The notes: a model not told the origin generated them from the letters alone. A stretch of DNA of 64,000 nucleotides from Octopus sinensis (GCF_006345805.1 NC_042998.1:37324001-37388000), one strand, 5' to 3'; counted from the first letter of the stretch, positions 12,148 to 25,810 are shown. Translations and numbers: made by a program.

Positions 12148-13843
12148 GTATTGTGTGTATATGTGTTTGTATCTATGTATGTGAGCTTGTATGTATGTAT
12201 GATTGTACATATGCATTTACATATGTACACACACGCTCGCCCGCACATATATAAACAGATGTGTTTACGTTATTTCGACGTATATATATATACACATACT
12301 AGGTATACATACATATACTAAGATCCTGGAGATTGCAATTTATTACACATATTATATTACAATATGGTGAGGTGTCTTACTATTAACCCACCAATGCCCA
12401 GTGAATACATTTCAAAGTTATGCTAAAAACCTGGGCGTTGAATTAAAAAACAAACGATTGTATAGTTCGGCAAGTGTTATATTTGTAAATTTGAAAACGA
12501 GTTTATTGTAAAGAATTTATATCCCGTGCCTTATGCATGTGCATTCTTTACACATTTTCTTTTATACTTGTTGTTCGCTTTAAAATACATTTAGAATTTA
12601 TCGTGTTGACAACTGAGAATTCTTATCTGGACACTATCAAAGCAATTTCGGAAGTATATAGGGAAATATATTTGAATCAGATTGTATTGCTAGATAATGT
12701 TATCTTATACTTTACAAATTTGTTGTTGACAGCAATAGATTGATCCGCAGCGAGAGTAAACTAAGTATAAAATAAATTTTCCAATATTTACTTAACTTCA
12801 GCCACGTGCTTATTTCTCATCCTGTTAGACATGCGTGTTCAAGTGATTTGCTTTTGCTATTCACAATATCTAGAAACAGAATGTTTGATAAAAATTAATT
12901 CATAAATCCATCGTCGTATGCGGCCCGATTTTGTTTTACTATAATTATATGACTTGACTTAATATCTATTCCGATTTAGAATTATATATTATTTCTATTT
13001 ATAAAAACATATTTGTAAGAATAAATAAACGATTAACAGAACGAATGTAAGACATGTATTTGAATTATGGTAAAAAAAAAAGCCCTGTTATGTCAGAGAG
13101 GGTCTTGCCACGGTGTACGGTTTAATTAAAGTAAGAGGTAAGGAATGAGTTACAAGCTTCCATTTTGGCCTTAACTATGTTGATTCGCGAATATTCAAAC
13201 ATGTTGCTTCACTAGCCATATCTTCTTTCCATTCTGATTTCTTTGAAATTAGTCTTTTCAGATTACTTTCTGTGGATCTTCGAATTTTTACTACGCCAAA
13301 ATTGCGCCCTCCATTTGCAGCAAATGCAAAATTGCTTTCGGCTGTGTAAACACAGGCATGCTGACAGCATATTCAGCTTAATGTAGCTTTGTTTGCTTCT
13401 CCTTAGCAAACACGGTCGATAAGTTGGCACAAACACCCTGCCAGAAATCTATCCTGCGAGAAATCTATCCTGATACTTTATGGTTAAAATCTTTGGCAAA
13501 TACCACAGAGGAAAGTTAAAATAGATGACACCATGCTAAACTTTCATATTGGTATGAGCGTTGATATCTGCATTGTCCCAAAATTTTATACCACAATGTT
13601 CCAGATGAAGTACTCTCGATGCCAATACGGCATTTCAGCATCACTGCAGGTATTAGAGGTGAGTGTGATTTAAATTTATGTCAAATTCTCAACAATTTTA
13701 TCTAATTCTTGATTGCGTTCATTCCCGGATCTACTGTACGTGTTGTACTCGTTTTCGGGTTCGTTGCTGTATACTTTTCGTTTCTAGTGCTCATCGTGAC
13801 AGAGGCAGACTGAATAATCTGCTGGTATTTTTTGACACATAAG

Positions 13844-13876
<33 letters not shown>

Positions 13877-14609
13877 ATACATGCACAAACGTGCGTGCGA
13901 CGGTAGACACATATGCATGCAGATAGAGTGAGGGCAGATGGAGAGAATGGGGCTTTACATTTTATTGATTGACTACGACTGGCATAGAACTATCGCTCTC
14001 CTTATGCACATATTCACGTATGCACATAGAACGATAGAGGTAGAGAGAGAGGGGGAGGAAGAAAGAGAGAGAATCGGAGAGAAGGAAAGAGAAATATTAC
14101 AACATGTGATGCCTGCGTCAGATCAGTGACGCCAAATGGACGGCGCCAAAACAGCTGCAACAAAATACCTCACCCTCGTTTTGAGGCCAAATGTTAGACA
14201 CCTGCTTAAATGTTGGATTCCCGAAGCACCAGCAATCTATAATCAACAACCGATGATCAATAATCGATAGTCATCTCAAAACTGCCCCTCACAGAGACTT
14301 AGATATTTCATTTTGGTTTTTACTTGGATTGTACAAAGACAGAATAATTTATTTTCCAAAATCTCCCCAATTAATGTCAATTTCAACTAGAAAGGTCCTA
14401 AAGGCCTGTGACGAAAATGCAAAACACGATTCTAAGAAAGATAGGTCCAATCACACTGACATGTGTTTTAGTAGTATATGCAACAGAGGTTTTGTACTGC
14501 TATGAACCCATTGCCCTTAACACTCAACTCAAACTTTCTCCACACACTACTTTAAAAGCTATCGTTAGAGCAACAAAGCTTTATAATACAAATCCTAATG
14601 CTGCGATAT

Positions 14610-15070
14610 AGCATCATGTAATGAGGAAATATGTCATTAATATTCTTTTACAACGGAAACCACAGAGGCTTTTCGGTGGGAGATTGTTTGTATTTTGTTG
14701 ATGGATGAGGCAATCTCTCGCCGATATTTCGCCAATAATCAATAAGAAGCCTTTATCACTGTAATAGATACGTAGCTGCATGTTCCCTTTGTTCTTGAAC
14801 AGGTGAATGGTTATAGGATCATTGAACAGTTGGGAAATGACGCCTGCTGACCACATAAGTGAAAATAGAAATTAAAACTTCAACTGACGCTTCGCAAGAG
14901 CAAGAGTCATATGTTTCTGTAGAAATGGAATCTGCATTTAAACAATGGTTTTATGAGTTCATTGGTTCCAAGAAGGGTGGGAATTACATCGATAGCTCTG
15001 TTGATGGGAATTTCTAACGGGTTTTCTATTGTAACAGGTTGCTTTCGTATGCAGTTCGGAATAGTTTCAA
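14610..15070 (-). mobile_element. RTE LINE fragment (start of RT domain)
   Basis: ORF 14614-14856 (ITIHLFKNKGN...ISAR...LPPKSLCGFRCKR) aligns by eye to the RTE motifs HLFKNKG...RGISLL...LPESQCGFR. Confidence 0.75.
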
Positions 15071-17257
15071 CGTGTCGGCTAATCATTCCCACATGAGAGC
15101 TGCAAAAGCAATAGAGAACGGTGAATCTAAGAGAAAGGAAAATACATGCATACATACATGTATGTTGTGTATACATATATATGTGTGTGAATGTGTATGT
15201 GTGTGTGCGCGCATGTGTGTGTGCGCGCATGTGTGTGTGTGAGTGTATGATCGACTCACCCGTCGGTTTCGAGGTATGAGGATCCGAGAACGCACTCTTT
15301 CTTTGTCAGTCATAATGCTCATGTAGAATGTGATATTTAACTCTCGTCAACGATTTGCAAAGAAGGCCACAGATGTTGCGAGGATTACAGGTGAGTACAG
15401 GTGATATATTTGCAGCCGCTTTTCTCCTTTATCTTGCACTACGAAGCCTGTTAATGCTGGTTGCAACAAAGTTTTTAATACCATTTTCACACAACGATCT
15501 CCATTTTCTTCGTTCCAAGGCTGTTCGCCCAAAGGTCTTCTGTGCTACCTTCATTTCTAAGAGTTTTATCTTCAGCTTGTCCTTATATCTGAGCCATGGT
15601 CGACCAACATTCCTGTTCCCACTCTCAAGCTGGCTGCACATAAGGACTTTGAGTATTCTTTCGTCACTCATTCTGACGGTATGGCCAACCCAGCGCAAAT
15701 GTGATTGCATGAGGAAGCTCTCGATTCCACCAGTCTTACACTTGCTAAACAAGTAGGCATTAGAAACTTTGTCTTTTAGCGATTAACTGCACATTGTCAC
15801 CAGACAGTCCTTCTGGAAGATGTCTAGCTGGTTAATGTGTCGTCTAAAGGGTATCCACGATTCTGAGCCATAAAAGAGAGTAGTAAGAAGCTGTAGTTTG
15901 ATGTCGAGTTTTTCAAACCATAGGTAATAGTGGAGTTTGCCAAATTCGATGGTTGTCTTTACAAGACGATTGACGATTTCATCATCAAGGGAAGCGCTCA
16001 AATTCACTTTACAACCTAGATATGTAAATGCCTTCACAGAATTTAGGCTTTTCCCATCAACCTGTATAGGAGTGTCAGGAAAATTGTGAACCAGTGGCCT
16101 CTGCTTGAAACCTTGATTTTGTTTAGGACTAGGCCAAGTTTGGGGGATTACTTCCGTTTTGTTTATGCTGATGGTCTAACCAAAGGCTTTACATGCATCA
16201 GAAAACCAGTTTAGAAGTTCCTTAGTTTCCTCTAAAGAGGCCGCTTCCAGTGCTGTAGCATCTGCAAAAAGCAGATCACGAACGATACTGGTGCGTAGCA
16301 GTGTTCTGGGTGATGATTAAATAGTCCACCATTTGTTCGAAACGGGAGTGAGGGAATAACAAACCTTGCTCTGTGTCGTTTGTAACGTCGAAATATGCCG
16401 AAGATTCCCCACTGGACATGACAGCGAACTTCATTCCCTCAAAAGAGGGGATGATAACATTCAACATCTAGTTAGGTATGCCAAGCTTTCTCGAAATTTT
16501 CTATAGTGCTTGCGGGTTAACAGTGTCGAAGGCCTTAGTAAGATCAATGAATATCAAGAACAACATGTGATTTTTTTCACGCCCCTTCTCCATGACCGGT
16601 TGAAGGGAAATGTGATGTCGATAGTGCCACGACTAATCGAAATCCGTACTGTGATTCTGGATACATATAATTTAAAACGTGTTTCAGGATCCTGTGATGA
16701 GTGCTTAAATTCCCTAATATCTCGTTTCGTAGTGATAACATAGTCTACAAGACGCCTTGGATACAGGATGCATCCAGGTCGTCTTGCATCTATTTCGCTG
16801 TTGAATTTCCTGCAGATAGAGAGCACACGCAAACCGCAAGAGTTCATTAGACCTACACCATGGTGACCAAGTACAACCTCCCATGCCTTATAGTCAGTAG
16901 CAACACGAGCATTAAAGTGGCCGATAAGGACAAGTTTATTCCTGTGGTGACAACTAGAAATGACATGATGGAGTTGGTTGTAAAATTAATCTTCCTGCTC
17001 AGAGCTGAACATGGTTGGGACACAACATCTGGAAAGCGTAGCACGAGTCTTGTGATCAAGTTCTAACGTTAGTGTCATGATGTGATCAGAAATACCTTTG
17101 GGTAGAGAAAGAAGGATCTGGCTATTTCTATTTTGATGGGAAAACCAACACCAGAGTGTCGTGGCTCGTCTTCATTTCTATATTTAAGAGATGATGAATT
17201 ATGTACATTATTTACCTTATTTACAATTGACGGATATTTGCCATCTTGTTTACTGTT

Positions 17258-17303
17258 AACACAACGTTTCGGCTGATATACCCTCCAGCCTTCATCAGGT
17301 GCC
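17258..17303 (-). ncRNA. Minimal type I hammerhead ribozyme (Penelope-type)
   Basis: Minus strand GGCAC-CTGATGA-A-GGCTG(GAGGGTATAT)CAGCC-GAAA-C-GTT-GTGTT: intact core, 5-bp stem II, palindromic AACGTT stem III, and stem I GGCAC/GTGTT with G-U pairs. Confidence 0.75.
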
Positions 17304-17392
17304 TTGGGGAAATTTCGAACTTGGGTTCTCATTCCTAAGGTATTTTTCGATGATGTTGCTGTTGCTGTTCCTATCATCATCATCATTATTAA

Positions 17393-17447
<55 letters not shown>

Positions 17448-17646
17448 GCTTTTTTTTTCTTCTTTCAAATTTGCTTCCATTTCTTGCCGAGTGTCTTCCC
17501 GACTCCTAGGGCAAAGAAACTCATAGTATACATTGGTAGGCCATTAAACCAAACTCAGTAGTTCGTTCATTTTTTTTTTTTTTTTTAATTAAAATACATG
17601 AGCAGCAACAGTTCTCACATCGACAATGCTCTTCTCAGTACGTGTG
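17448..17646 (-). mobile_element. Extremely 5'-truncated R4/Dong-type LINE (last codons + 3' UTR) in (TAA)n
   Basis: Minus strand CAC GTA CTG AGA AGA GCA TTG TCG ATG TGA = HVLRRALSM*, compared with HILRRALSIQ* at 45427. Flanked on both sides by (ATT)n. Confidence 0.7.
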
Positions 17647-17746
<100 letters not shown>

Positions 17747-19092
17747 TCACTGCCTGGAACCGAACTCGGAATCTTGGGGTTAGTAACCCGCGCTCTTAAC
17801 CCACTTACTATGCCCGGGGGAATATATCGTACTTGTTACATATTTTTTCTTCCATACCAGAAAATTATGTAACCACCTTTGCTTTTTTTCTAACTGTGAT
17901 GATCCTACAAGACGAGTTTCGCTGAGCCAATGGTTTGTTTTGTTCAAGGGCAACCAGTGCTGCTTTCGTTCTGGTGCTTACTGACGGACTTCTAGATTGT
18001 GCACATTTTTCATGTTTCGACTTTGTTACTGAATAACCAGCTACTGTACGCTGTCATGTTAAAGGTGAGTAAGGAATGTTTGGGGCTCTTTTTCTCGTCC
18101 TTCCCCTGTTGGAAAAAGCAGTGCTGTGTTTAAATAGGCCTGCTTTGTCACCACTGGAGAACACAGAGAGCTCAGTTACTCACAAGTTCTGTGCTGAAAT
18201 GGCCATCGACCAATGGTCGCCGAATGTGTAGAGATCCAGCCAGAGACTTCCAGTCATATCCTTTACCTGTCTCTGCCGCCTTCACTCTCCCACCAGAGGA
18301 CCTTTTTTGATTTTTGAAAGCTGAGGCTGTGCTGTATTGAATGAATAAATGTAAGTTGTCAGAAAACCCTCAGAGATGTTGTGATTTGAGCGTTGAAGAT
18401 TTGTGTAGAACCTGTCATACGTTTTGGAAGTGATGATAGCAAGAATATGGTGCACGTATGTGCCACAATACAGCACACCTCAGACTTTTTCTTCAAAGGT
18501 TTCCATCTAGACGAGCCGCTATAATCAATCTGAAGAGCCTAGTCTACCCTAAGAGTCAGAGTTTGCTGATAGTACAACCCTGTTAAAGAGATCCTCAGCA
18601 ACCAAAGACCTGGTTTTGTATCACAGCTTCCTTCTCCTAGACGGGATGCCTTCACCACGGTTAACGAACCCCATCTGCCCCCTAATGTATGGAATTAAAT
18701 AGACTAGATTTATAAAAAAAAAGCGGTAAAAGAGTATATACATATACACACATAGTTGGATGGCTGCTGTCTACTCATGAGGTCCGCCGATCTTTTGACA
18801 AGCTTTATCTTTCGTCCCGTAGGGTATCCATCAATCACCCTCCTCACCAAGCAAGCCTGGTGAGGTTGCCAGTTTAGTCGCCGACGACCCGACCATGTAA
18901 CAGGTTCTACTGGTTTACATGTTACCAGTAGTGAACAACAGCGATTAATAGCATTCGAGAGCGACCTGACCTTTGTTTTTTTTGGTGTGTGTGAAGGGGA
19001 GATTACCTAAGGAGACAGCCTTGTAGTAAGCGGCAAGTCACACAAGCAGTTTGGTTGATCTGGTGGTGGTTAGGGACCGGATGGGAGGGAAT

Positions 19093-19620
19093 ACGTGAAC
19101 AATGTGAGAAAGCTGGTAGGTATAGTTCTCTAGAAAAAGAGAGAGAATATGTTTTTTTGTTTTTCAGTGATGACCACTCTAGTCTGCAGAAGATATCTTA
19201 GGCATAAGTGCCTATAATAATACATTGTTATGTTAGAAGGGAAAAAAGGCAAACCCATATTTGAAAAGTTTCAAAGTTGAGAGGACAACGATAGAGAGAT
19301 GGAGAAGGAGAAAGATAGAGAAAGTGAGAAAGAGGGACGGAGAAGCATAAGGCAATCTCAACAGGTATAGAGGGAAAGAGAAACGTGAACGAGTCGGAAG
19401 ACATAGTTCTCTTGGTAATGAAGAGAGAAAATAGTTTTTTGGTTTCTTTCTTTTTTCAGAGATGACCACGCTAGCCTGCGGAAGATATGGTGGGCATGTG
19501 GACGTATGATAATACGGTGCTATGTTAGAAAAAAATGAATCTAGTGAACGAAAACGGACAAGCTTATATTTGAAAAGTTTCAAAGTCTGACAGGACAACA
19601 ATAGAGGATTGAAGAAGGAG
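19093..19620. repeat. Diverged direct duplication, ~220-240 bp units with 290 bp period
   Basis: 19093-19310 and 19383-19620 share ACGTGAAC, ATAGTTCTCT, TTTTCAG.GATGACCAC.CTAG.CTGC.GAAGATAT, TATGTTAGAA and ATATTTGAAAAGTTTCAAAGT..GA..GGACAAC.ATAGAG. Confidence 0.85.
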
Positions 19621-19644
19621 AAAGAGAAAGCGAGTGAGAGAGGG

Positions 19645-19768
19645 ACATACATACATACATACATACATACATACATACATACATACATCCATACATACAT
19701 ACATACATACATACATACATGCGTACATACATACATACATACATACATACATACATACATACATACAT
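19645..19768. repeat. (CATA)n microsatellite
   Basis: Directly visible. Confidence 0.95.
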
Positions 19769-19889
19769 GCACATGCATATATGCTAGAATTTATAATTAT
19801 ATGCGGGCTACAAGGGTTAACGCTTAATTATCTGTGTATTATTTTCTGCTAATCATTAATTTTTTTTTTGTTATTCCATTCAGATCTTC

Positions 19890-20470
19890 CATGACAGATA
19901 AAATGCTATTAAAAATGAAGCGAAATGCTGTTATTGTTGCCATATTTGAGGAATGCAGCGATTCAGAAACGGCAAAAGTTTTAGATGCTACAAATGTTTT
20001 TGAACATTCATTTCAGATGGAAGATTCTGGTGGGAATGTTTCAGCTGTATCTAAGAGAAAAGTCATTTTAGACGTTCGGACACAGTAAAGACATCGCAAT
20101 TCATCCAACGAGCTCAAAACTTTATCAAGATGATTATGGAAAATCAATGAGAACCATCACTGAAGAACGTCAGCTGCTGGAATAGACTAGAAGAACTGTT
20201 GTACTTGATAATTTCATACAGGCCATTTCTAAAGAGACCAAAGACCCATTATGGACATGGCATGCTTTGCTTCTCCTTTGATGAGAAAACTTGGATAGAA
20301 TCAAAATTGTAACACAACAAACGGCAGCTGTGCCGACGATTCCTGTCCCGTGTTGAAACAGCCATACAAACTGAAGGTTTCAACTTACATTTCCAATACG
20401 TTTTTACACACTATTTCCTCTCTATTCGGCAAAACTATTTCAAGTCCTCCATTTATTTCGCCCGGTCTGT
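19890..20470 (+). mobile_element. Tc1/mariner-superfamily transposase remnant (N-terminal DNA-binding region)
   Basis: MKRNAVIVAI..CSDSETAKVL...SGGNVSAVSKRK then, after frameshifts, SHFRRSDTVKTSQFIQ and DDYGKSMRTI. This resembles Tc1/mariner HTH N-termini. No DDE/D domain was seen. Confidence 0.55.
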
Positions 20471-21803
20471 GTTAGTTTCCAATGTACAGACCGTTGTAAT
20501 GGGTTCGTTGCACGAAAATATTTATCAAAGGAGTCACACAAGCGGATTGTAAATTAGATAATTCATTACAAAGAAATTACCTTTCTCTAGTTAACGAAGT
20601 GCTATTTTAAGAAAAAAGGTAACTCTATGTCATTATCATTATTATTATTTTTTTGGGGCAATATATTATTTTGTTTTTAAAGGTGATTTCTCTTACAACG
20701 AAATTTCTTAGGCGAATTTTCCTACGAGCAAAAATATATGCGACGAAACGTGTTATAACCGAATTTTATATACAGGTTTCCAATTTACCGTTAATATCTA
20801 AGAAAATCGTTCCAACATTCTATATATAGTTTCAGTAATTTCAATTTTACGAAATTTGTTGTAACTTTTTTTTTCACTTTTAGATGCAAAGAAAGACGCT
20901 GCTGTTAGTGCGTGATTGGTTGCGAATATATTGTTATTTTGTAGGCTGCCGTTTTCGCGCACTTGTAGAATGAACCAGTATTTAATTCCTGATTGCTTTA
21001 TTAAACATAGCATAAGTCGCAGCATTTGCTTCTCCCATACAGATAATCCTAGGCAATACTGTCACAGGATATTCGAGGCTAAAGAGACGCTTTGGCTACA
21101 ACAGATGGGTCGTCTCCAGTGTTAATGAAGGAATCCCATATATCGTTTTTTATGGGATATGTTTCTTTTTAGTAAATCTCCCAGTACTCTTACTTTAACT
21201 TTCCAGATAAGAATCTATTTGTTTTGTAGTAATTTGAAGCTGTAAAGGTTAACCAGTCTACAAAGAGGACCCGCGAACACAACAGACTCTGGAGAAAAAA
21301 AAAATTTTTAAATCATGGATTATTTAAAAATATCTTGAAACACACTTGACAATGTAATACACCGTGTTCAACCAAACGCACTCAAATTGTTGAAATTCTC
21401 TGTCAGTACATCGTTGGCATTAAACGTCATGTAATTCAACGATACATAGAAATATAATAGCATACATCCTAACTGTAATTACTAAAGGAAGCCAAATCAA
21501 GTCATATGCAAACAACCTTTACTCACTAAATTTATTCAGATCACTTGCCATCCATCTGTTTTCTTTTACTTCGTTTGAAGTATCGTGGCTTGCATTTGTT
21601 CTTATACATTTCAATTTTGTGTATCTCGAAACACTAGCTTGCACACAATAACCTTTTATTGTGATTGCTCATCATCATGATCTGATTTCGATACATTGTG
21701 ATTTTCGATTTCGGGATCTGCATTTGATGTCTAGACTTTTGCAACTATCTTTTCTCTCTCCAAAAATAAAAATAAAATTTAATGTATTTATTATTATTAT
21801 TAT

Positions 21804-22241
21804 TTAAGACATCGCACACTATCCAAAATCGTGATGTTGTTGATTGAAGATACTGTGTCTACCGTGGGTTTATACAGTTCGTCAAGACACAACAAGGACC
21901 TCAGACAGACGGTACTTTACGCAATATGTGTGCAGTTCCAAGTAATGCCGACTTTTGCAATACAGATAGATTGCAGGGTATTTCTAAAGTTTCAAGATTT
22001 TTTTTTCTTTTTCCGGGTTCGGTGGTAATGAACCCAATGCTCCGATGACAACAGAGATAACCTTTATGTTTGACTCTCGTAGCTGCCAATTCTTAGTGAT
22101 CTCGATTCTCGGATCTCCATATTTATTACTCTTTTCTCTTTCTTTCATGATTATATGTTGATCTCCTGGCACGGTCACATCGATTATTAGGCACTCTTAA
22201 TTGTTCTATAAAGTCCATACTTGTTGCAAAGTGTCCATGGG
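21804..22241 (-). mobile_element. R4/Dong-type LINE 3' fragment (restriction-like endonuclease) in (TAA)n
   Basis: PWTLCNKYG, IIDVTVPGD, KYGD.RIEI, VVIGALG and LQKSALLGTAHILRKV appear in successive frames. There is (ATT)n at both ends (21787-21803 and from 22242). Confidence 0.85.
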
Positions 22242-22245
22242 ATTA

Positions 22246-22336
<91 letters not shown>

Positions 22337-22384
22337 CATATCATTATTATTATCATCATCATCATTTATTATTATTATTATTAC

Positions 22385-22417
<33 letters not shown>

Positions 22418-22508
22418 CATTATTATTATTATTATTATTATTGTTATTATTATTATTATTATTATCATTATATTATTATTATCATATCATTATTATTATT
22501 ATTATTAC

Positions 22509-22539
<31 letters not shown>

Positions 22540-22568
22540 TTATTATCATTATTATTATCATCATCATC

Positions 22569-22604
<36 letters not shown>

Positions 22605-22631
22605 CATTATTATTATCATCATCATCATTTA

Positions 22632-22678
<47 letters not shown>

Positions 22679-22918
22679 CATTATTATTATTATTATTATT
22701 ATTATATTATTATTATTATTATTATTATTATCATTATTATATCATCATCATCATTTATTATTATTATTATTACTATTATTATTATTATTATTATTATTAT
22801 TGTTATTATATTATTATTATTATTATTATTATCATTATTATTATTATTATTATTATTATTGTTATTATCATTATTATTATTATTATTATTATTATTCTCA
22901 TTATTATTGTTATTATTA

Positions 22919-22950
<32 letters not shown>

Positions 22951-23030
22951 GTTATTGTTGTTGTTGTTGGTGTTGTTGTTGTTGGTTGTGTTGGTGTTGT
23001 TGTTGTTGTTGTTGTTAGTAATATTATATT
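22242..23030. repeat. ~790 bp degenerate (ATT)n array grading into (GTT)n
   Basis: Directly visible; it accounts for the poly-L/I/Y/N ORFs in the track. Confidence 0.95.
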
Positions 23031-23043
23031 CTAAACCTAGTCT

Positions 23044-23338
23044 ACCATCACGACTACCCTTCTGATAAGGGTACACCAGACACATGCATCGCAACTATAT
23101 GTGCATGATATGGTGATCTCATATCAAGATAAACAGCACATAACCTTGCAGGTGGGGCCCAGTTAGAATTTTCTTCAGGCCGAGTAGCCCATCCCGTTCA
23201 AAAGGTTTCTAAATAAATGTTGTTGAAGCATGTTGAACAAAACACCCATGTCTTCAAAGGTGAATTATCCAAACCTCAAAGAATTCCTCTCAACAACACA
23301 TGGCTATGATATTCTCCCAATACTTCTGCTCGTGATCA
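23044..23338. mobile_element. Partial copy of an unclassified interspersed repeat
   Basis: Collinear with 44846-45136 (GACTACCC..CTGATAA.GGTACACCAG, GGTGATCTCATATCAAGATAAACAGCACAT, GGTGGGGCCCAGTTAGAATTTTCTTCAGG). Confidence 0.85.
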
Positions 23339-23799
23339 TAAATAGAGGAGGAGAACGATCGTCATTTCTGCCGATACAGTCACCAAAACAGCATAAGCAG
23401 CAGCAGTAGCAGCAGCAGAGCTATGTTGATCTAAGTGTAACAATGACAGCAACCAGCAGTGGAACCGGCAGCAGAAACAATAACAAAACCCGCTGCAAAA
23501 GTGGCATCAACAGTGACAAAAACGACAAAAAAGAATCAGTACCTACAAGAGTCATATCGCCACCAACAACACTAACAGAAAAAAAAAAACCCTCAAACAA
23601 CAACAACAACAAAAAGTGAATAAGCTCAAGAATGTACCCGTCGTTTCATGGAAGCACGCGGTCATTCTGTGGGGCGAAGCTGATTGCGAAAGAAGCACGA
23701 GGTGATGAGTAAAGAAAGGAAATAGAAAAAAATTTCCAACCAGGAAAAAAGCTGAGATTTGCAGCCGGGAAAATAAACACCCCACAGGAGCATACTAGC

Positions 23800-23873
<74 letters not shown>

Positions 23874-23887
23874 GTATCTATCTATCT
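23800..23887. repeat. (ATCT)n microsatellite
   Basis: Directly visible; abuts the 5' end of the Tx1 fragment. Confidence 0.95.
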
Positions 23888-25395
23888 GAGAAGAACTGCA
23901 ACGAGATAACGAGTAGGGTGGTCACTCTCGCCCGGCAATGGGCCGAGAGGAAACTGTCCCTAAAAGGTCGGGCGGAGGTGGCGAACACGTACATCGCGTC
24001 CATCATCTACTACCGCCTGACCGTCGTACCTTGTCCCGACCCTACCATAACCAAACTAGAACGCATTCTCTTCCGCTTCTTGTGGAAATGATGCGTCCCG
24101 ATGGTCAGGCGATCCATTTGCTGTCAACACCCGTTAAAAGGAGAGCTGGGCATGCCGTGGTTGATGATGCGCAGACACGCGCTGAGACTGCGACATCTCC
24201 GGCTCTATGTAGACGACGGTGAACAGGTGTGGTCGCCGTTTGTGAGGCACGCTTTCCCGCAGCTCGTCTCCATGACAGAACTGCAGTCGTGGATCAAAAA
24301 GAGGCCGAGTAGGGTGAATGGCATCGCGAGTGTTGCGTTGCTCTCAAGCGACTATGCCGTCCCGGGTCGACCTTGAGTGACTTCAACACAACCAAAGCAT
24401 TCTATAGGGGATTAGTGGAAGGGAACTAAGACGGCGATCTTGGGGCCAACCTGGGCGTCGACGAGGAATACGTGACCCGCCTGTTTGAGACGACTTTCGA
24501 GCCGGGACCTATGGACAACTTCCAGAGATCTCTGGCCTGGCAGTGCTACTGAGAAGCGCTACCTGTTCGGGATAAGCTCTATAGACATGGCTCGAGAAAC
24601 ACGGAGCCGTCCTGCCCGAGATGCGGGCAGAGCGACGAAATCGTTCTGCACTCAGTGGTGCAGTGTCCAACAATCTCCGACCTGTGGGCTTATGTCGAAC
24701 GGCTTCTGTTACGTGTGGGACGTGTCGGTTTATCAGCCGTGTCTATCGTTAATATCGTCACGCCTCCTTCCTTCAAACGGGAGGGAGACCTATTTTTATC
24801 ATACTTGTGGCTATGGTGAAAGAATGTATCAGGTGGACGCGCCTGAAAGGATTAGAGACAAACTCTTTCCTCTCTGGTCAATCTCTCATCAACTTCTTCA
24901 AGTACCACTTGAAGAGGAAAGTGAGAGTAGAGAGGCAAGTTTTGTCTAGTGAATGTTTTAATAAAAGATGGGTGAATGTAGCAAGGATAGCACGTATGAA
25001 TGACAAAGCCACCTTGACTATGATCCTATGAACCGTAAAAATTAATACAGAGAGTTGCTTATTTGTAAAGAAATATAACATGTGACTTCATTGACCGAGG
25101 TTACCGTGGTCTTTTCCGTAGGCTTTTCTTTCCACGGGTAAACCTTACCTGTCCTCCCCTTTACACTTCATATTGACAGTTCTGTGATAACGATCCCTAT
25201 TGATCGATGTTTTCTTTTTCCTTTTAATCCCCCCCCCTGTTTTTCGTTTTTTTTCTCTTTTTGCTTTCCTCTTTCTTTCCTTTTACGATCCCTTTTGATC
25301 GAAAACCAAAACCCCTTTTTTATATTCCCAAAAGAAAAGCTCTACCTTGTAATTTGTCCCGTCTGTGTACAGCCCTGTGTGGCTAATAAAGAAAC
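23888..25395 (+). mobile_element. 5'-truncated L1/Tx1-type LINE (post-RT domain, CCHC zinc finger, 3' UTR)
   Basis: EKNCNEITSRVVTLARQWAERKLSLKGRAEVANTYIASIIYYRLTVVPCP...LERILFRFLWK*...HPLKGELGMPWL...ALRLRHL, and later LAWQCY*EALPVRDKL...CPRCGQSDEIVLHSVVQC. Several stops and frameshifts; AATAAA at 25385-25390. Confidence 0.9.
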
Positions 25396-25422
25396 TTATC
25401 TATCTACCTATCTCTCTTTCTT

Positions 25423-25480
<58 letters not shown>

Positions 25481-25718
25481 ACTATATCTATATATCTATC
25501 TACCTATCCCTCTTTTTATCTCTCTATCTATCTACTTATATCTCTCTCTCTATCTATCTATCTACCTATCTCTCTTTCTATCTATCTGTCTATCTATCTA
25601 TTTGTCTATCTATCTATCTATATATCTATCTATCTATCTATATAGCTACCTATCTCTCTATCTATCTACCTATCTCTCTATATATATTTATCCATCTATC
25701 TATCTACCTATCTCTCTT

Positions 25719-25753
<35 letters not shown>

Positions 25754-25810
25754 CTATCTATCTACCTATCTCTATTTATCAATTTATCTACCTGTTTCTA
25801 TCTATCTGTC
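25396..25810. repeat. Degenerate (TATC)n array
   Basis: Directly visible; abuts the 3' end of the Tx1 fragment. Confidence 0.95.

Noticed and set aside
13606-13666. Possible + strand 55-nt exon ending GAG|GTGAGT
   Set aside because: The acceptor is weak, there is no recognisable peptide and no supporting neighbours; indistinguishable from chance.
14610-15070. Idea that this RTE piece is the segment excised and relocated from the 15250-18960 element
   Set aside because: Both contain the LPESQCGFR-type motif (14650-14680 and ~16640-16660), so they overlap in element coordinates and are independent copies.
18040-18072. Strong + strand donor AAG|GTGAGT
   Set aside because: It lies inside the minus-strand RTE relic, and all upstream + frames contain stops.
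20798-21125. Possible hAT transposase remnant (PNVSLASNIL-like words)
   Set aside because: The similarity is too short and broken to support a call.
23800-25810. CRISPR-like or prokaryotic system
   Set aside because: No repeat-spacer arrays or operon-like gene density here or anywhere in the window; the regular repeats are simple eukaryotic microsatellites.
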